From a bacterium (GTDB lineage: Bacteria; Desulfobacterota; DSWW01): 45,713 nucleotides of DNA. Positions within the stretch are counted from its first letter, which is position 1. Every line of letters begins with the position of its first letter. The position numbers and the translations under genes are program-made. The notes beneath the pieces are model-generated. The model saw only the letters and a list, made by a program, of their open reading frames with translations. It did no database searches and was not told where the DNA came from. The stretch is taken from positions 1 to 45,713 of the forward strand of contig JBFLZG010000044.1 in the NCBI GenBank assembly GCA_040756235.1, in the 5' to 3' direction. Below, piece by piece: positions 28,179-36,214 of the stretch.

Positions 28179-29876
28179 TCACTCCTTGATCGCCTCGTTC
28201 ACGAAGCCGGGCGCTTTCACCAGCCCGAACGGATCGTACGCAATGTCGTAGGCCGCGCGGATCGTGCCCACGACCTCCCCGATGGTCACCCCCACCTTGG
28301 CCGCCTCGATGATCGGGCGGGTGACGTTCTCCCCTGCCTTGGTGGCCCGATACAGCTCCCGAACGCCCTTCTTCACCGCACCCATATCCCGGCGCGCTTT
28401 GTACTGCTTGACCTCGGCGACCATCTCCTCGCGCTGCTTCACCGTGGGCACCTTGTAGAAGCCGTGCTGGATGGCCTTGTTGATGTGCCCCTCCTCTCCT
28501 GCGCTGCGGAAGGCGTTGACCCCGACGATCAGCCGGTTGCACTCCTCCTTCTCCTTCTGGATGCGGAGGCGGTTGGCTTCCATGACGCTGTGCAGGTAGC
28601 CGGAATCCAGACAGGAGAAGATGCCGCCCCGGTCGTCGAGCTCGGCAATGTATTTCTCCGTTTCCTGTTCGATCTTGCCGGTGAGCCACTCCACGTAGTA
28701 CGAGCCGCCCAGCGGATCGGCCACGAGCGGCACGTTGGTCTCGTGGGTGACGATGTGCTGGGTGTCCAGATTGAACACGCGCGCGTCCAGCGAAGGCAGC
28801 CCGAACGCCTCGTCGATGCTCGAGGCATCGAGGGAATTGACCCCGCCCAGCACGCAGCTCATGATCTGCAGCGCCACCCGCGCCGCGTTGTTCAGGGGCT
28901 TCTGCCAGGTGAGCGAAAGCCCCGAGGTCCGGATCCCGATCTTGAGCTGCATCGCCCTCTTGGTCTTAGCCCCGAGGCGCTCCTTGGCGATCCGGGCCCA
29001 GAGCTTTCTGGCTGCCCGGAACTTGCAGATCGTCTCGAAGAAGTCGGATTCCGCGTCCATGGAGAAGACCATGGGGCCGTAGTCGTCGATCGTGATCCCG
29101 CGCTGCCTCAGGTCCTCGATCATCGTGATCGCCACGGCGATGCAGCCGCCCAACTCGCGCGCGACGTCCATGCCCCTCTGCTGGGGGTCCACGCCGTTCG
29201 GCACGCACGGCTTCCAGCGGGGGGTGTGGCGGATGGCATACTCGATGTGGTCCAGCCACACCCTCCTGGCAATGGGAGTCGGAAGGTCCGGGCACTCGTA
29301 GACGAGCTTCGCCCGGATCGGATCGTTGATACAGTTGCCGTGGAGATTGTGCAGGTTGAGCCCCTTGTTTTCCATCATGGCCACGAACAGGCCGTAGATG
29401 TAAATGAAATTGGAGATGCCCATGTGGGCCAGCTCGTAGACGACGTTCTCCAGGGGCAGCCCTGCGAGCATCTTCTCGTAGGTATACAAGGCGTAGCTGG
29501 CCACGCCGCCGCACATCATGCTGTTCCAGGCCGCCGGGTGGTCGGGATCGATGCCGCACTGGGTCGGCAGGTCGGAGTTCATGCGGATGTCGGTCATGCC
29601 GTTGGCGATGTACTCCTTGATGGCCTGGTTGGTTTCTTCCGGAGAGCTGTAGCTCACGATGAACGACTTGAGCCACAGGCGGTTCCGGTACATCTCCGGG
29701 TAGAGGCCGCGGGTAAAGGGATACGCCCCCGGATCGCCGATGTCCGTCTCGTAGGACAGGTGCCGCACGTCGTCCGGGACGTAGGTGCTCTTCAATTCGA
29801 TGTGGCACTGTGTCGCCGTTCGAACCGCTTTGCCGAAGTCGCGGTCCACGAGGCAAGCCTTGTCGTCCATGGTCAT
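28179..29876 (-). CDS. Adenosylcobalamin-dependent acyl-CoA mutase large subunit (methylmalonyl-CoA mutase family, divergent active site)
   Basis: PGAYPFTRG.Y..MY, DLPTQ.G.D.D, KFRAARKLW, TSG.SLT.Q.PLNN, DEA..LP, DPLGGSYYVE and VGVN motifs. Confidence 0.93.
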   Translation of the reverse strand: MTMDDKACLVDRDFGKAVRTATQCHIELKSTYVPDDVRHLSYETDIGDPGAYPFTRGLYPEMYRNRLWLKSFIVSYSSPEETNQAIKEYIANGMTDIRMNSDLPTQCGIDPDHPAAWNSMMCGGVASYALYTYEKMLAGLPLENVVYELAHMGISNFIYIYGLFVAMMENKGLNLHNLHGNCINDPIRAKLVYECPDLPTPIARRVWLDHIEYAIRHTPRWKPCVPNGVDPQQRGMDVARELGGCIAVAITMIEDLRQRGITIDDYGPMVFSMDAESDFFETICKFRAARKLWARIAKERLGAKTKRAMQLKIGIRTSGLSLTWQKPLNNAARVALQIMSCVLGGVNSLDASSIDEAFGLPSLDARVFNLDTQHIVTHETNVPLVADPLGGSYYVEWLTGKIEQETEKYIAELDDRGGIFSCLDSGYLHSVMEANRLRIQKEKEECNRLIVGVNAFRSAGEEGHINKAIQHGFYKVPTVKQREEMVAEVKQYKARRDMGAVKKGVRELYRATKAGENVTRPIIEAAKVGVTIGEVVGTIRAAYDIAYDPFGLVKAPGFVNEAIKE

Positions 29877-30177
29877 GATCTCCTTCCCCCAGCAACCGAC
29901 CCCGAACCCTCCGCCGGACTTACCCGATGTTGATTCGCCATTGCCTGTTCCGGCAAACCCCGGATCGGAGCCGTTGCAGGGGCCGCAGTGCAGCCTCTGC
30001 TCGCCGCAACAGTGGCCTCCCCCTTATTCAGAGGGTGTTGAACAATGAACACCCTCTCCCCCGTGCACTGGGGAGAGGGTCGGGGTGAGGGGAGACGGGC
30101 GCGCATGCACCCCTCATCCTGACCTTCTCCCCTCGACGAGGGGAGAAGGAATGAAAGAACCAGCACCCCTCCAAAGG

Positions 30178-30231
30178 GGTGCATCCCGCGGTCCGCACCC
30201 GGGCCGGGATGACCCGATATGACGCAGCCTC
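30178..30231 (+). mobile_element. Right-end fragment of MITE family 2
   Basis: gggccgggatgac...tgacgcagcctc, overlapping the TGA stop of the SDR at 30230. Confidence 0.6.
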
Positions 30232-30946
30232 AGATGGCGCTGTAGCCGCCGTCCACCGACACGACGCTCCCCGTCGCATATTCGCACTCGATCAGGAACA
30301 GGACCGCCCGGGCCGCGTCTTCCGGCAGCCCGACGCGCTTGATCGGGAGCGACTGGGCGACCATCGCGAACAGCCCCGCCTTCTGATCCGCCGGCATCCC
30401 GGCGTGGAGCTCGGTGTCGATCAGGCCGGGCGAAACCACGTTGACCCGGATCGGCGCCAGCTCCTGGGCGAGGGTCCTGGCCAGCCCTTCGATAGCGCCG
30501 TTGATCGCGGCCGATGGCGTCATCATCGCGGTCGCCTTCTTGTTGGCGGCGCCGCTGAACAGGGTGATCGAGCCGCCCGGCCGGATCTTCTGTGAGCCGT
30601 AGCGCGCGGTCAGATACTGGCCCCAGAACTTGCTCTCGAAGTAGTCCCTGACCGGAGCCGTTTCGGAAAACGCGAAGAAGCCCATCGCCGTGCCGGCTGC
30701 GCAGGTGACCAGGTGATCAAAGGGATCGCATTTTTCGAAGAAGGCCTTCACTTCAGATTCGCAGGTCACGTCCAGGGTCGAGGTCCGCGTGCCCTTCCCG
30801 AGCCTCGCGGCCGCATCCTGCAGCCTCTTTTCGCTCCTGGAGGCGATCCACACCGAAGCTCCGGCAGCGGCCAGCGCCTGCGCGGACGCAAACCCCATCC
30901 CCGAGCTGCCCCCCGTGATCAGCACCGTCTTTCCGGCCAGACTCAT
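30230..30946 (-). CDS. SDR family oxidoreductase, atypical subgroup without YxxxK
   Basis: TGGSSGMG, IRVNVVSPG and VDGG motifs; PSAAINGA occupies the usual YxxxK position. Confidence 0.88.
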   Translation of the reverse strand: MSLAGKTVLITGGSSGMGFASAQALAAAGASVWIASRSEKRLQDAAARLGKGTRTSTLDVTCESEVKAFFEKCDPFDHLVTCAAGTAMGFFAFSETAPVRDYFESKFWGQYLTARYGSQKIRPGGSITLFSGAANKKATAMMTPSAAINGAIEGLARTLAQELAPIRVNVVSPGLIDTELHAGMPADQKAGLFAMVAQSLPIKRVGLPEDAARAVLFLIECEYATGSVVSVDGGYSAI

Positions 30947-30976
30947 GGCGGTTCTCCTCTCATGGAATCCTTTTGG

Positions 30977-31738
30977 TTACATTCCCCAGTTGGCCTTGCA
31001 CATGGCGCCGCCGTCCACCGAGATCGAAGCCCCGTTCACGTAGCTCGCCTTGTCGGAGCAGAGGAACAGCATCACGTTGGCGATGTCGTCCGGGCTGGCG
31101 ATGCGGCCGCAGGGAATGAAATTCTTCCGGATGTGATCCAGGAACGGCTCGAGCATCTCGGGAGGGATGTTCTTGTGCGCCATGGGCGTCAGCGTCCAGC
31201 CCGGCAAAATGGTGTTGGAGCGGATGCCCGGATAATCGACGACCAGGTGCCTCGTGAATTTCTCCAGGGCCGTCTTCGCCGTCGAGTAGAGGAAATGGTT
31301 CGGCAGTTCCTGGCGCACGACCGTGGAGGCGATATTGATGATGCAGGGGTCCTTGGCCTTGCGCAGGAGCGGGATGAAATGCTTGGCCATGAGCATCGGC
31401 CCCTTGACGTCGATGTTGAACATCCAGTCGAAGTCCTGCTCGGTAAAGGCCTCCACCGAGATGTTGAACTTGACGACCCCGGCCACGTTCAACACCGCGT
31501 CCGCGCGGCCGCACCTGTCGCGGACGAATTCGCTCGCCGCCTTGACCTGATCCTCCTTGCTCACGTCGCAGTGCCGGGCAAGGAACGAAGGTCCCAGCTC
31601 TTTGGCGGTCTTCTCGAGCGTCTCCCGATCGAAATCGATTCCCACGACCGTGGCATGGTTTTGGACGAACTGGCGCGCGGCGGCCTGCGCCATGCCGGAG
31701 CCGGCCCCCGTGATGACCGCAACGTAATCCTTGAACAT
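30977..31738 (-). CDS. SDR family oxidoreductase
   Basis: TGAGSGMA, NVAG, NIAS, YSTAK and VDGG motifs. ATG 31738 with AAGGAGG RBS. Confidence 0.92.
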   Translation of the reverse strand: MFKDYVAVITGAGSGMAQAAARQFVQNHATVVGIDFDRETLEKTAKELGPSFLARHCDVSKEDQVKAASEFVRDRCGRADAVLNVAGVVKFNISVEAFTEQDFDWMFNIDVKGPMLMAKHFIPLLRKAKDPCIINIASTVVRQELPNHFLYSTAKTALEKFTRHLVVDYPGIRSNTILPGWTLTPMAHKNIPPEMLEPFLDHIRKNFIPCGRIASPDDIANVMLFLCSDKASYVNGASISVDGGAMCKANWGM

Positions 31739-31750
31739 GAGACCCCCTCC

Positions 31751-31960
31751 TTTCTCCGTCATTCCGGCGCACGCCGGGATTCATTCCCTACCACGCTCCT
31801 GGATCCCGGCTTGCACGCGCTCCGCAGCACGGGCCGGGATGACGAAAAACGAGGCCCCTCTTTCTCCGTCATTCCGGCGCAGGCCGGAATCCAGTCCCTG
31901 CTGAGAGGTTCGTCATTCCCGCGCACCCCGGATCGGAGTCCGGGGCAGGCGCGGGAACCC
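31751..31960. repeat. Cluster of GTCATTCC-type REP hairpins (similar units at 37806-37820, 40751-40864, 45627-45661)
   Basis: gtcattccggcgcaggccggaatccag and ggatcccggc...gggccgggatgacg units, plus a nested ccccggatcggagtccgggg palindrome. Confidence 0.85.
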
Positions 31961-32045
31961 CCCTGTGCCCGGGGATCCGGGAGGGGCGACGCTTGCGTCG
32001 CCCCTACAAGAGATGGTCCCCGGCCCCCGAAGCGGGTTGCCTTTG

Positions 32046-32170
32046 GAGGCTGTTCAGAGATGTCCAGATGCAAGGCGCACGAAATCCCGACGAATGAGGC
32101 GTACATGGCAGTACGCCGCAGTGAGGAGGGATGAGTGCAACGCAGCAGATGGGCATCTATGGACAGCCTC
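32046..32170 (+). mobile_element. 125 bp MITE (family 1), copy A
   Basis: GAGGCTGT...ACAGCCTC inverted ends; same length and colinear with 36090-36214. Confidence 0.85.
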
Positions 32171-33424
32171 CTACCGGTCCTTCTGCAGGATCGTGACCGC
32201 CACCACCGAGTCGTCGAACCCGATCGTGCCGCCGCCGTTCTCCATGAGCGCAAACTCCGGATCCTTGACCTGCCGCGGGCCGGCCTCCCCCCTGAGCTGC
32301 GTCACCAGCTCGTACATCATGGAAAGCCCGGTCGCGGCGATCGGGTGCCCCTTGGACACGAGCCCCCCGGAGGTGTTGATCGGGATCTTCCCTCCCAGCA
32401 TGGTCGCGCCCGACTCGATGAACGGGCCGCCCTCGCCGATGGGGCAGAAGCCGATCCACTCGGACTGCAGCACTTCGGCCACCGAGGTCGCGTCGTGCAC
32501 CTCGGCCACGTCGATGTCCGCCGGGCCGATCCCGGCCATCTCGAAGGCCGCCTTGGCCGAGTAGAAGGTCGTTCCGGGCAGGTCGATGTCGCGGTACTTG
32601 CCGCCCTTGACGCCGATCGCCCGGATCTTGACCGCTCGGTTCTGGACCCGGGAGGGAAGGGTCTTGAGATAATCCTCGGAGCAGAGGATTGCGGCCGCCG
32701 CGCCGTCCCCGATCGGGGCGCACATGGAGCGGGTCAGCGGATAGACGACCTCGCGGTCGGCCAGGACCTGCTCCACGGTCAGCTCGAACCGGTACTGGGC
32801 CTTGGGATTGAGGGCCCCGAAATTGTGGCACTTGGAGGCGCTGATCGCGATCTGGCGCTGCGTCGTCCCGTGCTTGCGCATGTGGCGAGCCGCCAGGACC
32901 GAGTAGAGGTCCATGAAGATCGTGCGGCCGGGCCCGGGCTGGAAGTCGATGCCGCCCTTCTTGGCTCCATCTGTCAGCCACTGGTACTGCTCTTCCGGGT
33001 TCATGGCGTCCATGCCGCCGTTGAACATCGCGAAAGATTCGGCCAGCCGGTCCGGGAAGTAGAGCTTCTCCACGCCGAGCGCCAGGGCCACCTCGGTCTG
33101 GCCGCTGCGGATGTCCTTGGTGGCGCCGAGAAACGAGAGCGACCCGGTGGCGCAGGCCCCTTCCACGTTGATCATGGGAATGCGCTCCGGGAAGAGCTTC
33201 TCGCGCACCAGCGGCGCGAAGCAGACCTGGCCGCGGATGCTGCCCTGGCCCACTACGTGCATCCCGCAGTTGCCGAACCAGGCGAACTGGATCTCGTCGC
33301 CGTTCTCCCACCCGACGTCCTGCAGGACGCCCAGGTAGGCGTCCCGAACCAGATCCTTGTAGGTCTTTTCCGGCCATTTCTTGAACTGGGTCGAATAGGA
33401 TCCGATCACGTACACGTTCTTCAT
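32171..33424 (-). CDS. Thiolase family protein (SCP2-type), paralog 3
   Basis: NVEGACATG, EVHDAT, SKGHPIAATG and ENGGG motifs. ATG 33424 with GAGGAGG RBS. Confidence 0.93.
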   Translation of the reverse strand: MKNVYVIGSYSTQFKKWPEKTYKDLVRDAYLGVLQDVGWENGDEIQFAWFGNCGMHVVGQGSIRGQVCFAPLVREKLFPERIPMINVEGACATGSLSFLGATKDIRSGQTEVALALGVEKLYFPDRLAESFAMFNGGMDAMNPEEQYQWLTDGAKKGGIDFQPGPGRTIFMDLYSVLAARHMRKHGTTQRQIAISASKCHNFGALNPKAQYRFELTVEQVLADREVVYPLTRSMCAPIGDGAAAAILCSEDYLKTLPSRVQNRAVKIRAIGVKGGKYRDIDLPGTTFYSAKAAFEMAGIGPADIDVAEVHDATSVAEVLQSEWIGFCPIGEGGPFIESGATMLGGKIPINTSGGLVSKGHPIAATGLSMMYELVTQLRGEAGPRQVKDPEFALMENGGGTIGFDDSVVAVTILQKDR

Positions 33425-33464
33425 GGAACCCTCCTCGTCCGCACAAAAACCCACATAATCGTGA

Positions 33465-34724
33465 TCAGCGATCCTTCTGGAGAATCGTGACCGCGCAGAT
33501 GGCCTCGTCAAGAAACATGTTCCCGCCGCCGTTGTCAATGAGCCCGAGCTCGGGCTTGTTCTTGACTTGGCGCTCCCCGCCTTCGCCCCGGAGCTGCGTG
33601 ACCACCTCGTAGATCATCGAGAGCCCGGTGGCCCCGATCGGGTGGCCTTTGGACACCAGCCCCCCGGAAGGGTTCCACGGAAGCTTTCCCTCCAGCCGGG
33701 TCTCGCCCGACTCGACGAGCTTGCCGCCCTGTCCTTCGCCGCAGAAGCGGAGCATCTCGGGCTGAAAGATCTCACTGAACGAGCAGGCGTCGTGGGCCTC
33801 GACCACGCCGATGTCCTCGGGGCCGACCCCGGCCATCTTGAAAGCGGCGTCGCCGGCAGCCCGGGTCACGGTCGGCTCGTCCATGCCGACGTTCTTGCCC
33901 CCTTTGAGGGCAATGCCCTTGACCAGCACGGCGCGGTTCTGCATGCCGGCAGGCAGCCCCTTCAGGTAGTCCTCGGAGCAAAGGATGGTGGCCGAGGCCC
34001 CGTCCCCCATGGGCGCGCACATGGACCGGGTGAGCGGGTAGTTCACCACCCGGTCCTGCAGCACCTCGTCTACCGACACGCGGAAGCGGTACTGGGCCTT
34101 GGGGTTCAGGGAGCCGTTGTGGTGGGCCTTGGATGCCGCGATGGCGATCTGCTTCTGGGTCGTGCCGTAGCGGTGCATGTGGTAGGCGGCCTTGACCGCG
34201 TAGGTGTCCATGAAGGGCGTGCGGTCCGGGCCGAACTCGATGTCCCGGCCGGCCTCGCGCGCCGCGGCCCGGAAAGCGGCGAGCTGCTCCTCGGGGTCCA
34301 TGTTGTCCATGCCCTGCGAGAACATGGCGAACAGGGTGGCCTTGTCCGCGTTCGGGTCGATCAGCTTCTCGACCCCTACGGCCAGGGTGACCTCGTGCTG
34401 GCCGCTCGCGATGTTCTGCCAGGCCCCATAAAAGGCGCACCCGCCGCTCGCGCACGCCCCTTCCACGTTGATGATCGGCACCCTTTCCGGAAACAGCCGC
34501 TCTCGCACCAGAGGAATGAAGCAGACCTGGCCCCGGATGCTCGACTGCTTCCAGTGGGACATCATGACGTTCGAGAACCAGCCGAACTCGATCTCGTCCC
34601 CGTTCTTCCAGCCCACATCTTCCAGCGCGCCCAGGTAAGCCTCGCGCACGAGGTCCTTGAAGGTCTTCTCCGGCCACTTCTTGAACTGGGTCATGCACGA
34701 TCCGATCACGTAGACCTTTCTCAT
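33465..34724 (-). CDS. Thiolase family protein (SCP2-type), paralog 2
   Basis: NVEGACASG, EAHDAC, SKGHPIGATG and DNGGG motifs. Confidence 0.93.
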   Translation of the reverse strand: MRKVYVIGSCMTQFKKWPEKTFKDLVREAYLGALEDVGWKNGDEIEFGWFSNVMMSHWKQSSIRGQVCFIPLVRERLFPERVPIINVEGACASGGCAFYGAWQNIASGQHEVTLAVGVEKLIDPNADKATLFAMFSQGMDNMDPEEQLAAFRAAAREAGRDIEFGPDRTPFMDTYAVKAAYHMHRYGTTQKQIAIAASKAHHNGSLNPKAQYRFRVSVDEVLQDRVVNYPLTRSMCAPMGDGASATILCSEDYLKGLPAGMQNRAVLVKGIALKGGKNVGMDEPTVTRAAGDAAFKMAGVGPEDIGVVEAHDACSFSEIFQPEMLRFCGEGQGGKLVESGETRLEGKLPWNPSGGLVSKGHPIGATGLSMIYEVVTQLRGEGGERQVKNKPELGLIDNGGGNMFLDEAICAVTILQKDR

Positions 34725-34764
34725 TTCCGCTCCTCTCCTCTCCCTTCAGCGGGTCTCTGCAGCA

Positions 34765-36024
34765 TCATCGGTCCTTCTGGAGAATCGTCACGCCGCAGAT
34801 GGCCTCGTCCAGAAAGATCACGCCGCCGCCATTGTCGATGAGCCCGAGCTCGGGACGGTTCTGCACCTGCCGCTCGCCGGCCTCGCCCCTGAGCTGGGTC
34901 ACGATCTCGTAAATCATGGAGAGCCCCGTGGCCCCGATCGGGTGGCCCTTGGACACGAGCCCCCCGGACGGGTTCCAGGGGATCTTTCCTTCGAGGCGGG
35001 TCGCGCCCGACTCGACCAGCCTCCCCCCCTGCCCTTCCCCGCAGAACCCCAGCATCTCGGGCTGGAAGATCTCGCTGAACGAGCAGGCGTCATGGGCTTC
35101 GACCACGCCGATGTCCTGCGGGCCCACCCCGGCCATACGGAAGGCGGCCTGGCCGACCGCCCGCGTGACCGTGGGCTCGTCCATGGCGACGTTCTTGCCC
35201 CCTTTCAGGGCAACCGCGTTGATGCGCACCGCGCGGCTCTGGGCCCTGGAGGGCAGGCCCTTGAGATAGTCCTCGGAGCACAGGATGGCCGCTGCGGCGC
35301 CGTCGCTCATCGGGGCGCACATGGCCCGGGTCAGGGGGTAGCAGATGAGGCGGTCCGCCAGGACCTCGTCCACGGACATGGGGAACCGGTACTGGGCCTT
35401 GGGGTTCAGCGCCCCGTTGCCATGGGCCTTGGAGGCCGCCATCGCGATCTGCCTCTGGGTCGTGCCGTGGCGGCGCATGTGGTAGGCGGCCTTGATGGCG
35501 TAAATGTCCATGGCCGGCGACCGGCCCGGGCCGAGCTCGAGCGGGGTGCCCGCCTGCTGCGCCATTCTGCTGATGACCTCCAGCTGCTCCCCGAAGTCCA
35601 GCGCGTCCGTGCCGCCCGAGAAGAGGGCGAACTTCTTCTCCGGGTCGGCGTTCGGGTCGATGAGCTTTTCCACGCCGAGCGCCAGCGTGACTTCGTGCTG
35701 GCCGCTCAGGATGTTCTGCCACGCCCCGTAAAGGGCGCAGCTCCCGCTGGCGCAGGCCCCTTCCACGTTGATGATGGGCACGCGTTGCGGAAACAGCCCC
35801 TCCCGCACGAGCGGGATGAAGCAGACCTGGCCGCGGATGCTCGCCTGCTTCCAGGCGTGCATGCCCATGTTGGAGAACCAGCCGAACTCGATCTCGGCCC
35901 CGTCGGCCCAGCCCGCGTCCTCCAGCGCCCCGAGGTACGCTTCGCGCACCAGGTCCTTGAAGGTCCTCTCGGGCCACTTCTTGAACTGGGTCATGTAAGA
36001 TCCGAGGATGTAGACTTTTCGCAC
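34765..36024 (-). CDS. Thiolase family protein (SCP2-type), paralog 1
   Basis: Same motifs as paralog 2. GTG start at 36024 assigned by homology to the MRKVYVIG start of paralog 2. Confidence 0.93.
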   Translation of the reverse strand: MRKVYILGSYMTQFKKWPERTFKDLVREAYLGALEDAGWADGAEIEFGWFSNMGMHAWKQASIRGQVCFIPLVREGLFPQRVPIINVEGACASGSCALYGAWQNILSGQHEVTLALGVEKLIDPNADPEKKFALFSGGTDALDFGEQLEVISRMAQQAGTPLELGPGRSPAMDIYAIKAAYHMRRHGTTQRQIAMAASKAHGNGALNPKAQYRFPMSVDEVLADRLICYPLTRAMCAPMSDGAAAAILCSEDYLKGLPSRAQSRAVRINAVALKGGKNVAMDEPTVTRAVGQAAFRMAGVGPQDIGVVEAHDACSFSEIFQPEMLGFCGEGQGGRLVESGATRLEGKIPWNPSGGLVSKGHPIGATGLSMIYEIVTQLRGEAGERQVQNRPELGLIDNGGGVIFLDEAICGVTILQKDR

Positions 36025-36089
36025 GATGAGCTCCGCTCCTTCGGTCGCGCTCACGGAACCTGGAAGCCTGTCCAACAATCAGGCTCCTG

Positions 36090-36214
36090 GAGGCTGTTCA
36101 GAAATGTCCAGATGCAAGGCGCGCGACATCCTGAGGAGTGAGGCGTACATGGAAGTACGCCGCAACGACGAAGGACGAGCGCAACGCAGCAGATGGGCAT
36201 TTATGGACAGCCTC
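36090..36214 (+). mobile_element. 125 bp MITE (family 1), copy B
   Basis: Inverted ends GAGGCTGT/ACAGCCTC; homologous to 32046-32170. Confidence 0.85.

Noticed and set aside
28179..29876. Annotation as ordinary methylmalonyl-CoA mutase (mcm/scpA)
   Set aside because: The RQYAGF, Arg207-equivalent and GYH residues are absent, and no epimerase or MeaB gene is nearby.
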